A DNA stretch of 64,000 nt from an uncultured Acidimicrobiaceae bacterium (lineage in GTDB: Bacteria > Actinomycetota > Acidimicrobiia > Acidimicrobiales > MedAcidi-G1): positions 35,316-99,315 of the forward strand of contig CAXGYF010000002.1 in NCBI GenBank assembly GCA_964013895.1, in the 5' to 3' direction. Shown piece after piece: positions 18,239 to 27,432 of the stretch. A program made the position numbers and the translations under genes. The notes below the pieces were generated by a model, which was not told where the DNA came from, made no database searches, and saw only the letters and a list, made by a program, of their open reading frames with translations. Within the stretch, counting starts at the first letter, position 1; every line of letters starts with the position of its first letter.

Positions 18239-20591
18239 ATTTGACTCCAGAATCTCTCAATAAGTCAATCCATCTTGTTCCCGCATCAGGAGCTAGTTCT
18301 CCAGGAACATAAGTAACCGAAATTAAACTTCCTTTGTAAGGAAATGGTCCGTGCCGCTCATACAAGGGCCATGAAACTGGCGATCTCCTGTCAATCCCAA
18401 CATCTATTCCTTCAAATGGAGCCATTGCAGTCAGCACAGGAAGATCAGGAGTCTCTGCAACTATGGATCCATCTACATATACCTGCGTATTCCATTTCAA
18501 ATCTCCCATCGCGTCGACTCTCAATTTTATTTCTTTAACACCGTCCGCAAGACTCCCGCAAGAAACCTCCGTCATAGTCCCATACCCGTTATGAACATGA
18601 TGAAGCTCACCGTTTTCTATGTACATGGAGTATCCACCTCCCTGATCCCCGTGAGCCACCAGTATCCCTTCGTCGCCTTTCTTATAATCGAGTGAAATTA
18701 TGATTTCAAAAGAACGAAAATTTATCAACTTGAGAGATCTGTATCTTTCTACTGTCGGCGTGCCAGGCAAGAAAGACTGAGTTTGTTCAAGTTCTTCCTC
18801 CCATTTCGGGCGGACGATATTTTTTAAACCTGTACCTTCATCAAGTGGAAACACCTGATTGGCCCAGGCTTCTTGTTCCCAAATATCTTTCAACTCAGCT
18901 AAAACTTCAGGGTGTGTATCCGACAGGTCGTTTGTTTCTGTCGGGTCGGTTGATAGGTCGAAAAGTTCCCATTTGTCTTCTGCGAATGAAGTTCGTTTCT
19001 GATGACAGGTTACTGCTGACCATCCTTCGCGATAAATACCCCTGTGCCCTTCTTGCTCGTAATACTGCAATGTGTGGGTGCTTTCAGCTTCTTCATTATT
19101 CATTGATTCAAGAAAGCTACTACCGTTAGGTGGTAACAACTTTTGACCTTTTCGTTCGTCTGGTATGTCAATTTCGAGCATTTCAAGAATCGTGGGCAGA
19201 AGATCAGTCACATGTTGATATTGCTTTCTGATTGATCCCGCGTCCTCCAAACCATCAGCTTTTGAAATTACTAAGGGAACTTGGTGGCCACCTTGATGTG
19301 TGTTTGTTTTATACAAGCGGAATGGAGTATTAGAAGCCATTGCCCATCCATTTGGATAATGAGCGAGTGCTTGTGGCCCCCCTAGTAGGTCCAACCTTGA
19401 ATTATCAGCTTCTACCGAATCAAGAGGATTCTCTCTAACTTGGCTGATCAGGGTTCTAAAATATGCCGAAGTTCCATTATCTAGGCCTTCCCTGCTCGCT
19501 CCATTATCCGAAGTGAAAACAACAACGGTGTTTTCCCATTCTCCCATAGCTTCTAATTCTTGTCGTAGCCTTCCAAAATTCTGGTCGACGTTGTCAACCA
19601 TTGCTGCATAAATCTCCTGATAACGGGCAAAAGTCTCTTTTTCCATTTCACTTAATTCATCCCATGGGCTTACTGCATAGTTCCTTTCTGTATTCCTTGG
19701 AGGTAGAACTGTTCCCTCGGGGATCAAACCAGATGAAATCTGGCGTTCGTAACGCTCTGCTCTGATTTTGTCCCATCCTCTGTTATACATTCCTTCATAT
19801 TTCTTTATGTCTTTTTCAGGAGCTTGAAGAGGGGCGTGTACAGCTCCATGGGAGAAATACATAAACCACGGTTTTTTTGGATGCCCTGTCCTCACTTCCT
19901 TTATCATGTCCAGGGCATGATCTGTTAGGTCATTAGTAAAAAAGTAGTTTTCTGGATACGAGTCAACCTGCACTACATGATTGTCTTCATATAAGCGATG
20001 CGGTTGATGAAAGTTTGTAAAACCATCAAGTATCCCGTAATAACGATCAAAGCCGCGTTGACAAGGCCAAGAATTTTTTGGGCCAGCTTCTGAAAGAGTG
20101 TTATCTGGCGTTAAATGCCACTTGCCAACCATAAGGGTTGCCCATCCATTGTCTGAAAGAATCTCAGCCAAAGTTGCAGTATCGCTTCGAATGGATGCTG
20201 CATAGCCAGGAAAACCAGGATCTGCGTGGCAGACCGTAGCTAATCCAGCTAAATGAGAATTTAAACCAGTAAGTAATGAAGCACGTGTTGGGGAACACAT
20301 TGGATTCACATGAAAATTTGTATATCGAATACCTTCGGCTGCTAGAGCATCCAAATTAGGTGTTTCAATCTCAGAACCATAAGAACCTAGATCTGAAAAA
20401 CCAAGGTCATCACATAGAACTATAAGAATGTTTGGTGCGTCTTCGTGAGGCTCATTTCTTTTTGGCCAAGCTGGTGAGGAAGTCGCGTGTAAGCGTCCGA
20501 TTTCTCCTTCGAATCCCGAGTACGCTTTATTCAAATTTTTTTCTTTGTCATTTCTGCCGGTTATTTTTTTGAACATGTCAGTTGCTTTCAT
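18231..20591 (-). CDS. Arylsulfatase (long mycobacterial AtsA/B/D type)
   Basis: DDLGF, formylglycine motif CSPTRASLLTG, GKWH, SDNG and a C-terminal LamG-like extension. Confidence 0.93.
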   Translation of the reverse strand: MKATDMFKKITGRNDKEKNLNKAYSGFEGEIGRLHATSSPAWPKRNEPHEDAPNILIVLCDDLGFSDLGSYGSEIETPNLDALAAEGIRYTNFHVNPMCSPTRASLLTGLNSHLAGLATVCHADPGFPGYAASIRSDTATLAEILSDNGWATLMVGKWHLTPDNTLSEAGPKNSWPCQRGFDRYYGILDGFTNFHQPHRLYEDNHVVQVDSYPENYFFTNDLTDHALDMIKEVRTGHPKKPWFMYFSHGAVHAPLQAPEKDIKKYEGMYNRGWDKIRAERYERQISSGLIPEGTVLPPRNTERNYAVSPWDELSEMEKETFARYQEIYAAMVDNVDQNFGRLRQELEAMGEWENTVVVFTSDNGASREGLDNGTSAYFRTLISQVRENPLDSVEADNSRLDLLGGPQALAHYPNGWAMASNTPFRLYKTNTHQGGHQVPLVISKADGLEDAGSIRKQYQHVTDLLPTILEMLEIDIPDERKGQKLLPPNGSSFLESMNNEEAESTHTLQYYEQEGHRGIYREGWSAVTCHQKRTSFAEDKWELFDLSTDPTETNDLSDTHPEVLAELKDIWEQEAWANQVFPLDEGTGLKNIVRPKWEEELEQTQSFLPGTPTVERYRSLKLINFRSFEIIISLDYKKGDEGILVAHGDQGGGYSMYIENGELHHVHNGYGTMTEVSCGSLADGVKEIKLRVDAMGDLKWNTQVYVDGSIVAETPDLPVLTAMAPFEGIDVGIDRRSPVSWPLYERHGPFPYKGSLISVTYVPGELAPDAGTRWIDLLRDSGVKYE

Positions 20592-21804
20592 CTGTTCTTA
20601 TACGCAAAGCGTAAGCCAAAAGAATCATCATTAGACAAACTGCGATCATCAGCCACAAGACTCCGTCGTACCCAAAAGCTGAATCAGCCATTCTTCCTGC
20701 TGATACTGGCCCTAGGACGCCGCCAATTTCCGCGCTAGCAAACCAAAGACCGTAAGCTGTTCCCATTTGTTTTACATTCAATTTAGGTGATTCCATCAGG
20801 GCGAGAATTACTAGAGGTATTAATGCTGATCTAGAACCGGCAATCATTACTGATATCGGAGTCGTATAGCTCGGCAGAAACATAATTGCGAGCAAAGAGA
20901 TAACAATTACTAAAAGGATGCAAATGAGAATAGAAGAAAAGTTTTCTCTTCGTGTCCGCGAAGGGATTAATAGTGATACAAGAATTCCTATTCCCAAACT
21001 TGCTGCTGTCCAGTTTGATGCCGCCATTGAAGAAAACCCAATATGTTCTCTAAGGATTTCAGGCATCCACCCCCCCAGACCATGAGATAAAAAGAATACG
21101 GTGACCCCTAGAAGAAATATGACTTTAATTTCTTTTGAAACGACTATAGATTTCCAAATTAGGATCGTTTTGCTTCCATTTTTTTTCCCAACATGATCTT
21201 TTTGAATTTTAAATTCAGCTATAAATATCCAAAAAATCAAGGCAAAAGCGATTACGAATGTTTCAATTGCAATTGTCCAACGCCAGGAGTTTGTTAAAGG
21301 CATCAAAAGTGAATTGGACATGACGAGGACTAAAATGCTCCCGACTGCCGGGGCAGCTGTGTAAGCACCAACCGCAAACTTTCTTTCCCTTTCATTCGTG
21401 AACCAAAAACCAACTGCAGTCGGAGCGCAAGCAGATACTAAAGGACCTCCAATACCAAAAAGAGCAACTGCTATACATAAAGTTGTCAGATCATTAGCAA
21501 AAGAACGTGTGATCCCGCTTATAAAAACCAGAGAAGCTCCAATTGTCATTGAATACCCAACGCCTAAACGATCTATTACCCGTCCCGCTATTGGAGATGT
21601 GACTATATAGACCAATTGCCATGTCCCTAATGCAATTCCTATTTCCCCACGAGTCAGATTCAAATCTGACCGTATTTCTCCTACAAGAGGGGCTAGCGAC
21701 ATAGCCACCATGCCGAATCCAAGGTACACAAAGAAAACACCAGAAAAAATAACCCATCTGTATGAATCGTTGTGTACAGGTTCTTGAAGAAATTTCTTAC
21801 GCAC
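20578..21804 (-). CDS. MFS transporter (CynX/NimT-like)
   Basis: About 12 TMs; motif A GRVIDRLG; start moved from 21843 to GTG 21804. Confidence 0.85.
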   Translation of the reverse strand: MRKKFLQEPVHNDSYRWVIFSGVFFVYLGFGMVAMSLAPLVGEIRSDLNLTRGEIGIALGTWQLVYIVTSPIAGRVIDRLGVGYSMTIGASLVFISGITRSFANDLTTLCIAVALFGIGGPLVSACAPTAVGFWFTNERERKFAVGAYTAAPAVGSILVLVMSNSLLMPLTNSWRWTIAIETFVIAFALIFWIFIAEFKIQKDHVGKKNGSKTILIWKSIVVSKEIKVIFLLGVTVFFLSHGLGGWMPEILREHIGFSSMAASNWTAASLGIGILVSLLIPSRTRRENFSSILICILLVIVISLLAIMFLPSYTTPISVMIAGSRSALIPLVILALMESPKLNVKQMGTAYGLWFASAEIGGVLGPVSAGRMADSAFGYDGVLWLMIAVCLMMILLAYALRIRTDESN

Positions 21805-21854
21805 GTCAAATAATCTCACAACAATGAAGAAATGATCGTGCATTAGAACAAAAC

Positions 21855-22730
21855 TTGCGCGATCCTGTTCTAGTGAATGAATTAATCTTAGATTATGACT
21901 CTTTAGATTCTTTGAACAGACCAGTCCTTATTGTGGCTTTTAAAGGGCTTTTTGATGCCAGTGGTTCAGCCACCTCTGCTCTTGAATGGCTAATCGAAAA
22001 GTCAGAGTCTGAGAATATTGGAGAAATTGACTCTGAAACTTTTTTTGACTTCACTCAAGAAAGACCTCTAATCAGTTTCGATAAAAATGGGGAAAGAGCT
22101 CTTACATGGCCTACAAATAAAATAGTAGCAATGAAAACCAAAGAAAATGAAAGAGACCTTCTTGCTATTTCTGGAGTTGAACCACACCTTCGCTGGCGCA
22201 CATTTAGCGAACTTTTAATAGAACTAGTTAACAAATCAAATGCTGAATCTGTTCTTACACTCGGGTCAATGGTCGGAATGACGCCACACAGTCGACCTTT
22301 GACGGTCACAGGGAGCAGTACTAATCCAGAGCTTGCAGAACGCTTGCATCTGGAAAAACCTTCTTATCAAGGGCCAACTGGAATAGTTGGCGTGCTTCAC
22401 GATGCACTCGACCGTTCAAAGATTCCAGTTATATCACTTCGAGTTTCAGTTCCTCACTATGTTCCAGATGCACCTAATCCAAAAGCGACAAGAGCTCTTC
22501 TTAGACGCTTTGAACAAGTAACTGGAGTTACGACAGAGTATGAAGAACTTGATGGACCCGCTGCTGATTGGCAAAAACAAGTAGATTCTGCCGTGGCCAG
22601 TGACGATGAAATAACTGCCTATGTAACCCGCTTAGAAACAGCTATTGATGAAGATGAAAACCTTTTACCTTCAGGAGATGATCTGGCCGCTGAATTTGAA
22701 GCTTTCCTTCGTGAACAAGACCCAGATTAA
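21855..22730 (+). CDS. PAC2 family (proteasome assembly chaperone-like) protein
   Basis: AFKGLFDA, FFDFTQERP, GVEPHLRWR, YQGPTGIVG, VPHY and acidic C-terminus AEFEAFLR. Confidence 0.9.
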   Translation: MRDPVLVNELILDYDSLDSLNRPVLIVAFKGLFDASGSATSALEWLIEKSESENIGEIDSETFFDFTQERPLISFDKNGERALTWPTNKIVAMKTKENERDLLAISGVEPHLRWRTFSELLIELVNKSNAESVLTLGSMVGMTPHSRPLTVTGSSTNPELAERLHLEKPSYQGPTGIVGVLHDALDRSKIPVISLRVSVPHYVPDAPNPKATRALLRRFEQVTGVTTEYEELDGPAADWQKQVDSAVASDDEITAYVTRLETAIDEDENLLPSGDDLAAEFEAFLREQDPD

Positions 22731-22748
22731 GATCGATACAGGAGAAAT

Positions 22749-23450
22749 ATGAATCAGAATAATACCATGGACCTCAAAGAGCTTCTAGCAGTAGCCGAAC
22801 AAGCTGGCCGGTCATTAATAGATTCTGCTGAAAAAGATCTTGACGCAACTGTCCCTACTTGTCCGGAATGGAACAACTTAGAGCTTCTTAACCATATGAA
22901 AATGGTGTGGTGGTTCGCGGCTTCGCAAATCAATGCCGGAAACGAAACTGAAAGAACTGCTCCATCTGGTGAAATGAAAAACTCGCCCTTAGAGCAACTT
23001 GAAACTTTATTAAAAGCATGTCAGGTCAATGATTTTTCGTCTCCTTGCTGGTCGTGGACGACTAATAAAACTGTTGGTTTTTGGGTTAGACGCATGGCTC
23101 ATGAAAACACGGTTCACAATTGGGATTCAGAAGGAACTTTAGACTCACGTTCTTCAATTTCGACGTTATTAGCTCTTGATGGAATCGAAGAGAAACTCTT
23201 TCTGTATCCTGCAGATACCGAATTTCCTACTGCTTCAATTCACTTGCATTGCACTGACTGTGAAGGTGAATGGATGCTGGCTCTATCAAGTGGTGAACTT
23301 GAAATAAAAAGAGAACACGGTAAAGGCGATGCAGCTGTAAAAGGCAGAGCGGAAGATATCCTTCTTTACCTTTGGGGTCGAGGGCAGGAAAATCTTGAAT
23401 GCTTCGGAGATGAAGAGGTGATTAATACTTGGGCACGCATTGGCCCTTAA
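22749..23450 (+). CDS. MDMPI/DinB-superfamily (mycothiol-dependent maleylpyruvate isomerase-like) protein
   Basis: VPTCPEW...LLNH, FWVRRMAHENTVHNWD, DGIEE and an SCP2-like C-terminus. Confidence 0.85.
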   Translation: MNQNNTMDLKELLAVAEQAGRSLIDSAEKDLDATVPTCPEWNNLELLNHMKMVWWFAASQINAGNETERTAPSGEMKNSPLEQLETLLKACQVNDFSSPCWSWTTNKTVGFWVRRMAHENTVHNWDSEGTLDSRSSISTLLALDGIEEKLFLYPADTEFPTASIHLHCTDCEGEWMLALSSGELEIKREHGKGDAAVKGRAEDILLYLWGRGQENLECFGDEEVINTWARIGP

Positions 23451-24644
23451 TCAGGAAAGTTCCGCTCCTACAATGCCTACGAAAGAGACCATCTCACCTG
23501 GATAACCACCCAAGTTATGTACAAGTGCTTGCTGGGATTGTTCAAGAGAAATTGACCTATCAGCTGGCGCCTCTCCTCTTAGTTGCAACCATGTCTCATA
23601 GAACATTCTTAGTCCACTGGCACCCACTGGGTGACCGAAGGCTTTAAGTCCTCCATCAGTATTTACAGGAATTTCCCCATCTATATCGAAAGACCCATCA
23701 AGCACTTCCTGCCATGCTTTACCTTTTTCACAAAAACCCAAGTCTTCCATAAGAATCATCTCTGTTGGGGTGAAACAGTCATGAACTTCCGCCATGGCTA
23801 GTTCTTTTCTCGGTTCCGTAATCCCAGCTTGCATATAGGCGTCTTCAGCTGCAACGGCGCATTCGGGAAGAGTGGTGAAATCGAAATCTGGATCCACTAA
23901 ACCGCTGCTATCTCCAGCAACTACAGAAAGCGCCTTTATATATAAAGGTTTATCAGTATATTTATGAGCATCTTCGGCTCTAACTACTATGGCAGCCGCT
24001 GCCCCATCAGCAACGCCGGCACAATCCATAACTGAGAGGCGTCCAGCAATCGATGGCATTTCACAGATCTTCTCAGCCGAAATCTCACGTCGAAATTGAG
24101 CTAGTTCATTTCTTGACCCATTGAAATGGTTTTTTTGAGCTATGCGAGCCACGACGTATCTGAGCTCGTCTTCATCAACTCCGTATCGCTTCGCATACGC
24201 AGGGATAATCAGACTAAACATGGCTGCTGCTGTCAATGTCCGATTTGTGCCATCAGTCGGAACAGGAAAAGCATTGAGACCTTGGTAACCGCTATCTTTT
24301 ACTTTTTCTGCTCCTAGCGCCATTGCAGAGTCATACGCACCAGAAGCTACTGCGTAACAAGCTTGACGCAGAGACTCAGACCCGGTGGCACAATAATTTT
24401 CTACACGGGTAACAGGTTTGCCTGAAAGTCTCAAAGGTGTAGCTAAAGCTATTCCTGATGCCGCGGACTGCGAAGTTCCGAACCAATAAGCATCTATCAG
24501 GTCAGTCTCAAGACCCGCTGATTTTGTAGCTTTTTCCGATGCCTCGATAATGAGATCGTCAAGTGATTTGTCCCAATGTTCACCAAAATTCGTACAACCC
24601 ATTCCTACAATTGCGACTTGATCTTTAATGCCATGTGACGCCAT
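23451..24644 (-). CDS. SCP2-type/archaeal-type thiolase (PhlC-like)
   Basis: VENYCATGS (Cys), EVHDCFT, GHPVGASG and HNLGG. Confidence 0.9.
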   Translation of the reverse strand: MASHGIKDQVAIVGMGCTNFGEHWDKSLDDLIIEASEKATKSAGLETDLIDAYWFGTSQSAASGIALATPLRLSGKPVTRVENYCATGSESLRQACYAVASGAYDSAMALGAEKVKDSGYQGLNAFPVPTDGTNRTLTAAAMFSLIIPAYAKRYGVDEDELRYVVARIAQKNHFNGSRNELAQFRREISAEKICEMPSIAGRLSVMDCAGVADGAAAAIVVRAEDAHKYTDKPLYIKALSVVAGDSSGLVDPDFDFTTLPECAVAAEDAYMQAGITEPRKELAMAEVHDCFTPTEMILMEDLGFCEKGKAWQEVLDGSFDIDGEIPVNTDGGLKAFGHPVGASGLRMFYETWLQLRGEAPADRSISLEQSQQALVHNLGGYPGEMVSFVGIVGAELS

Positions 24645-26060
24645 TTAAGACTTCCCTCTTTCTCGCCTTATCGGTCTTGCTTTCCAAAAGTAGTTGTGGA
24701 TTCCATCAGCTGTATACAAACAACGAAACGTCATTTCTACCCGATCACCGATTTCAATTTTCTCTGGGTCTGCGTCTGCAAGTTCGACGGGAAGTCGCCC
24801 CCCATCTTCGAAATTAACTACAGCGAAAACTACAGGAGAGTTTGGAGAGTAAACCAAATTATCAACTGTGAAAGTCTCGATCGTTCCTATCGAATCAGCC
24901 ATAGGTAACTGTTCCATGTCATCAATACCGCCGCCTTTTATACCGATGCGAGATGGTGGCATGTGGACTATTCCTGTCGTTGCATCTTTGGATGCAACAA
25001 AACCCATTTTCCAATCATTTCGTCTCATAGCAGCTGATGAGGAAGGCCTAGTCGGAGAAGGGCGATTAGGGAGTTGACTGTCTAACAATCCACGCCATGA
25101 AAGATACTTACCATAGGGAACTGGTGACTGATTTTCTATTTGCTCAGAAACAGGAAAAGAATTTCTCCGATTTTCAATTTCTTGGGTGGTTCGAAAGAAA
25201 AGAATGTCGCAACCATCAGCTAGAACTATTAATGCAACTACCTCATCTGGTTTTGCTTGATCAAGAAAATTAGCCAGAAGAAGTGACGGCTGGGCGGCAC
25301 CTGCATTCCCAATCTTTCCAGTCAAATCATCAGCTACTTCCACATTAAGTAAAGGAGTTGATTTAGCTACAGCACGAGAATGAAGCCCTGATATAAGTGC
25401 AAAGTTTATATCTTCAGTTTTCATGCCGACTTTCTTTAAGGCTTCATTCCAGGCTCTGTCAACCAGTGGCTTATATGCTTGTTCCCCAAACCGCTCTTCC
25501 CATACTTGAGAATAAGAACTTCCTGGCACGCGCCACCTATCAGTAAAATCAGAAGTTATTGAAACTCCACCTAGGTACTCTGCGAGTAAAGCCCCTTGTT
25601 CGTCTGTTCCGATTAATAGAGCTGTAGCAGCATCTCCACCGGAAGATTCTTCAGTTCCGCCTGATGGCCCTGTTCTTAAATCCGCAGCAACTACCAAAGT
25701 CGAGAGATCACTTTCTAAAGCATTGGATAAAGCACCTACTGCCGACCGGGTTGAATTCCCGAAGTCGACTACTTCTACAAAATCATCCAACTGAAGGGCT
25801 GAGTGTATATTTGTTGCGTTTGTTTTATCCATGTATGCAGGAACAACAGTTGAGAAGGACAGCTTTTTCGGATTCATGTCTGATCCTTTTAAAGCACTTC
25901 GGGCAGCCTCAACTCCCATGGTGGTGGTATTTTCATCATAAGATGCAACGGATCTAGAGCCCTTATTTGACCCTTTACCTGTGAATTCAACTATTGATGA
26001 ACGCAGCAGGCAACCTCTGGGTATGTAGGCGCCATATGAAATAATTCCATGGACTCCCAT
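24645..26060 (-). CDS. HMG-CoA-synthase-like domain fused to a DUF35 OB-fold
   Basis: GIISYGAYIP, DENTTTMGVEAA and GGDAATA, then a C-terminal OB-fold GTIETFTVD...IGDRVEMTFR...NYFWKARP. Confidence 0.85.
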   Translation of the reverse strand: MGVHGIISYGAYIPRGCLLRSSIVEFTGKGSNKGSRSVASYDENTTTMGVEAARSALKGSDMNPKKLSFSTVVPAYMDKTNATNIHSALQLDDFVEVVDFGNSTRSAVGALSNALESDLSTLVVAADLRTGPSGGTEESSGGDAATALLIGTDEQGALLAEYLGGVSITSDFTDRWRVPGSSYSQVWEERFGEQAYKPLVDRAWNEALKKVGMKTEDINFALISGLHSRAVAKSTPLLNVEVADDLTGKIGNAGAAQPSLLLANFLDQAKPDEVVALIVLADGCDILFFRTTQEIENRRNSFPVSEQIENQSPVPYGKYLSWRGLLDSQLPNRPSPTRPSSSAAMRRNDWKMGFVASKDATTGIVHMPPSRIGIKGGGIDDMEQLPMADSIGTIETFTVDNLVYSPNSPVVFAVVNFEDGGRLPVELADADPEKIEIGDRVEMTFRCLYTADGIHNYFWKARPIRRERGKS

Positions 26061-26176
26061 TATTAAGCCCCCAATTGCCTATTATCTGAATTAGTAAGAA
26101 TCAACTTAATCCAATCCAATGAACCTTAAGGAAGTATCCTAGGCTTAAATCTTTATTCTCCCGACACAAGGAGTTC

Positions 26177-27430
26177 TTGATGGATTTAGGAGATATATCA
26201 AATGAAGACGCCGTCAAGTACGGAAAACCACTTGATGGTGTGAAAATACTTGCGGCCGAGCAGATGCAGGCCCTACCATTTGCTACTCAATTACTAGCCC
26301 GCTTGGGCGCTGAAGTAGTGAAAATTGAGCACCCAATCAAAGGTGAGTCTGCACGTGGTTCTGTACCTTTCATGAACGATCCATATGGGAATCCTGTAGG
26401 AGCTACTTTCCTTCGAAATAACTTAAATAAAAAAAGTGTTGGAATTGATCTCTCGACATCAGAAGGTCAGGATCTTTTTCTTCGTTTAGTTCCAAATTTT
26501 GATGTAATCGGCGACAATTTTAAACCAGGAACCATGAAAAAATTTGGACTTGATTACAAATCAATCAACTCTAAGTATCCAAATGTGATAGTTATATCTA
26601 TTTCAGGTTTTGGGAACTCCGGAGACTCGCCTTATCAGAACTGGCCAGCTTACAATTCAGTGGCCGAAGCAATGTCAGGCCTTTACGATTTCAAGCGCCG
26701 TGACGGAGAACCCCCCATAGTTAATCCGATGGGTGCAGTAGGTGATATTGCAACGAGTTTATTCGGTGTTATCGGGATACTTGCTGCTCTTAGACATAGA
26801 GAAGATACAGGTAAAGGTCAATACATTGATATAGCCATGTTTGATTGCATGGCGTCTTTAGCTGATGTTGCTATAAATTTTCATTCAATGGGAATCCCAC
26901 GAGAGCCAAACCCAGCACCTTATGTCATTGCTCCCTTTCGCTGTAGTGACGGCTATTTAGTTCTTCAATTTGTTCGGGAGCATCAGTTCGAGAACCTCGC
27001 AAATCTGATCGACAAAACTGACTGGATCGGAGACCCGCGTTTTCAAGAGAGGTCAGGATGGGGAGAACATTTACATTCAGACATTATTCCTGCATTAGAA
27101 GAATGGTCTAAAAACCGAACTAGATCTGAGACTTCAAGTTTGCTCGCTGAGGCAAACGTGGCATCGGGGCCTGTTTTAACTACCTCAGAAGTGGTTGAGG
27201 ACCCACACTTAGAAGAAAGAAATATGATCGTGTCATTGCCTAGGACCGATGAGATAAGCGACCCTGTTCTTCTACCCGGAAATCCTATAAAAATGTCAAA
27301 AGTAGCTGAAGGGCCCGAAATCAGAGTTCCATGGGTTGGAGAGCATACAAATCAGGTTCTTACCGAAGAACTAGATCTCAGCGTTACAGAACTAGAAGAT
27401 CTTAGAAAAATGGGCGTTATTAGCCAATAA
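26177..27430 (+). CDS. Family III CoA-transferase (CaiB/BaiF)
   Basis: PLDGVKIL, GAEVVKIE, NLNKKSVGIDL, NFKPG, catalytic VGD and GEHT. Confidence 0.93.
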   Translation: MMDLGDISNEDAVKYGKPLDGVKILAAEQMQALPFATQLLARLGAEVVKIEHPIKGESARGSVPFMNDPYGNPVGATFLRNNLNKKSVGIDLSTSEGQDLFLRLVPNFDVIGDNFKPGTMKKFGLDYKSINSKYPNVIVISISGFGNSGDSPYQNWPAYNSVAEAMSGLYDFKRRDGEPPIVNPMGAVGDIATSLFGVIGILAALRHREDTGKGQYIDIAMFDCMASLADVAINFHSMGIPREPNPAPYVIAPFRCSDGYLVLQFVREHQFENLANLIDKTDWIGDPRFQERSGWGEHLHSDIIPALEEWSKNRTRSETSSLLAEANVASGPVLTTSEVVEDPHLEERNMIVSLPRTDEISDPVLLPGNPIKMSKVAEGPEIRVPWVGEHTNQVLTEELDLSVTELEDLRKMGVISQ

Positions 27431-27432
27431 AT

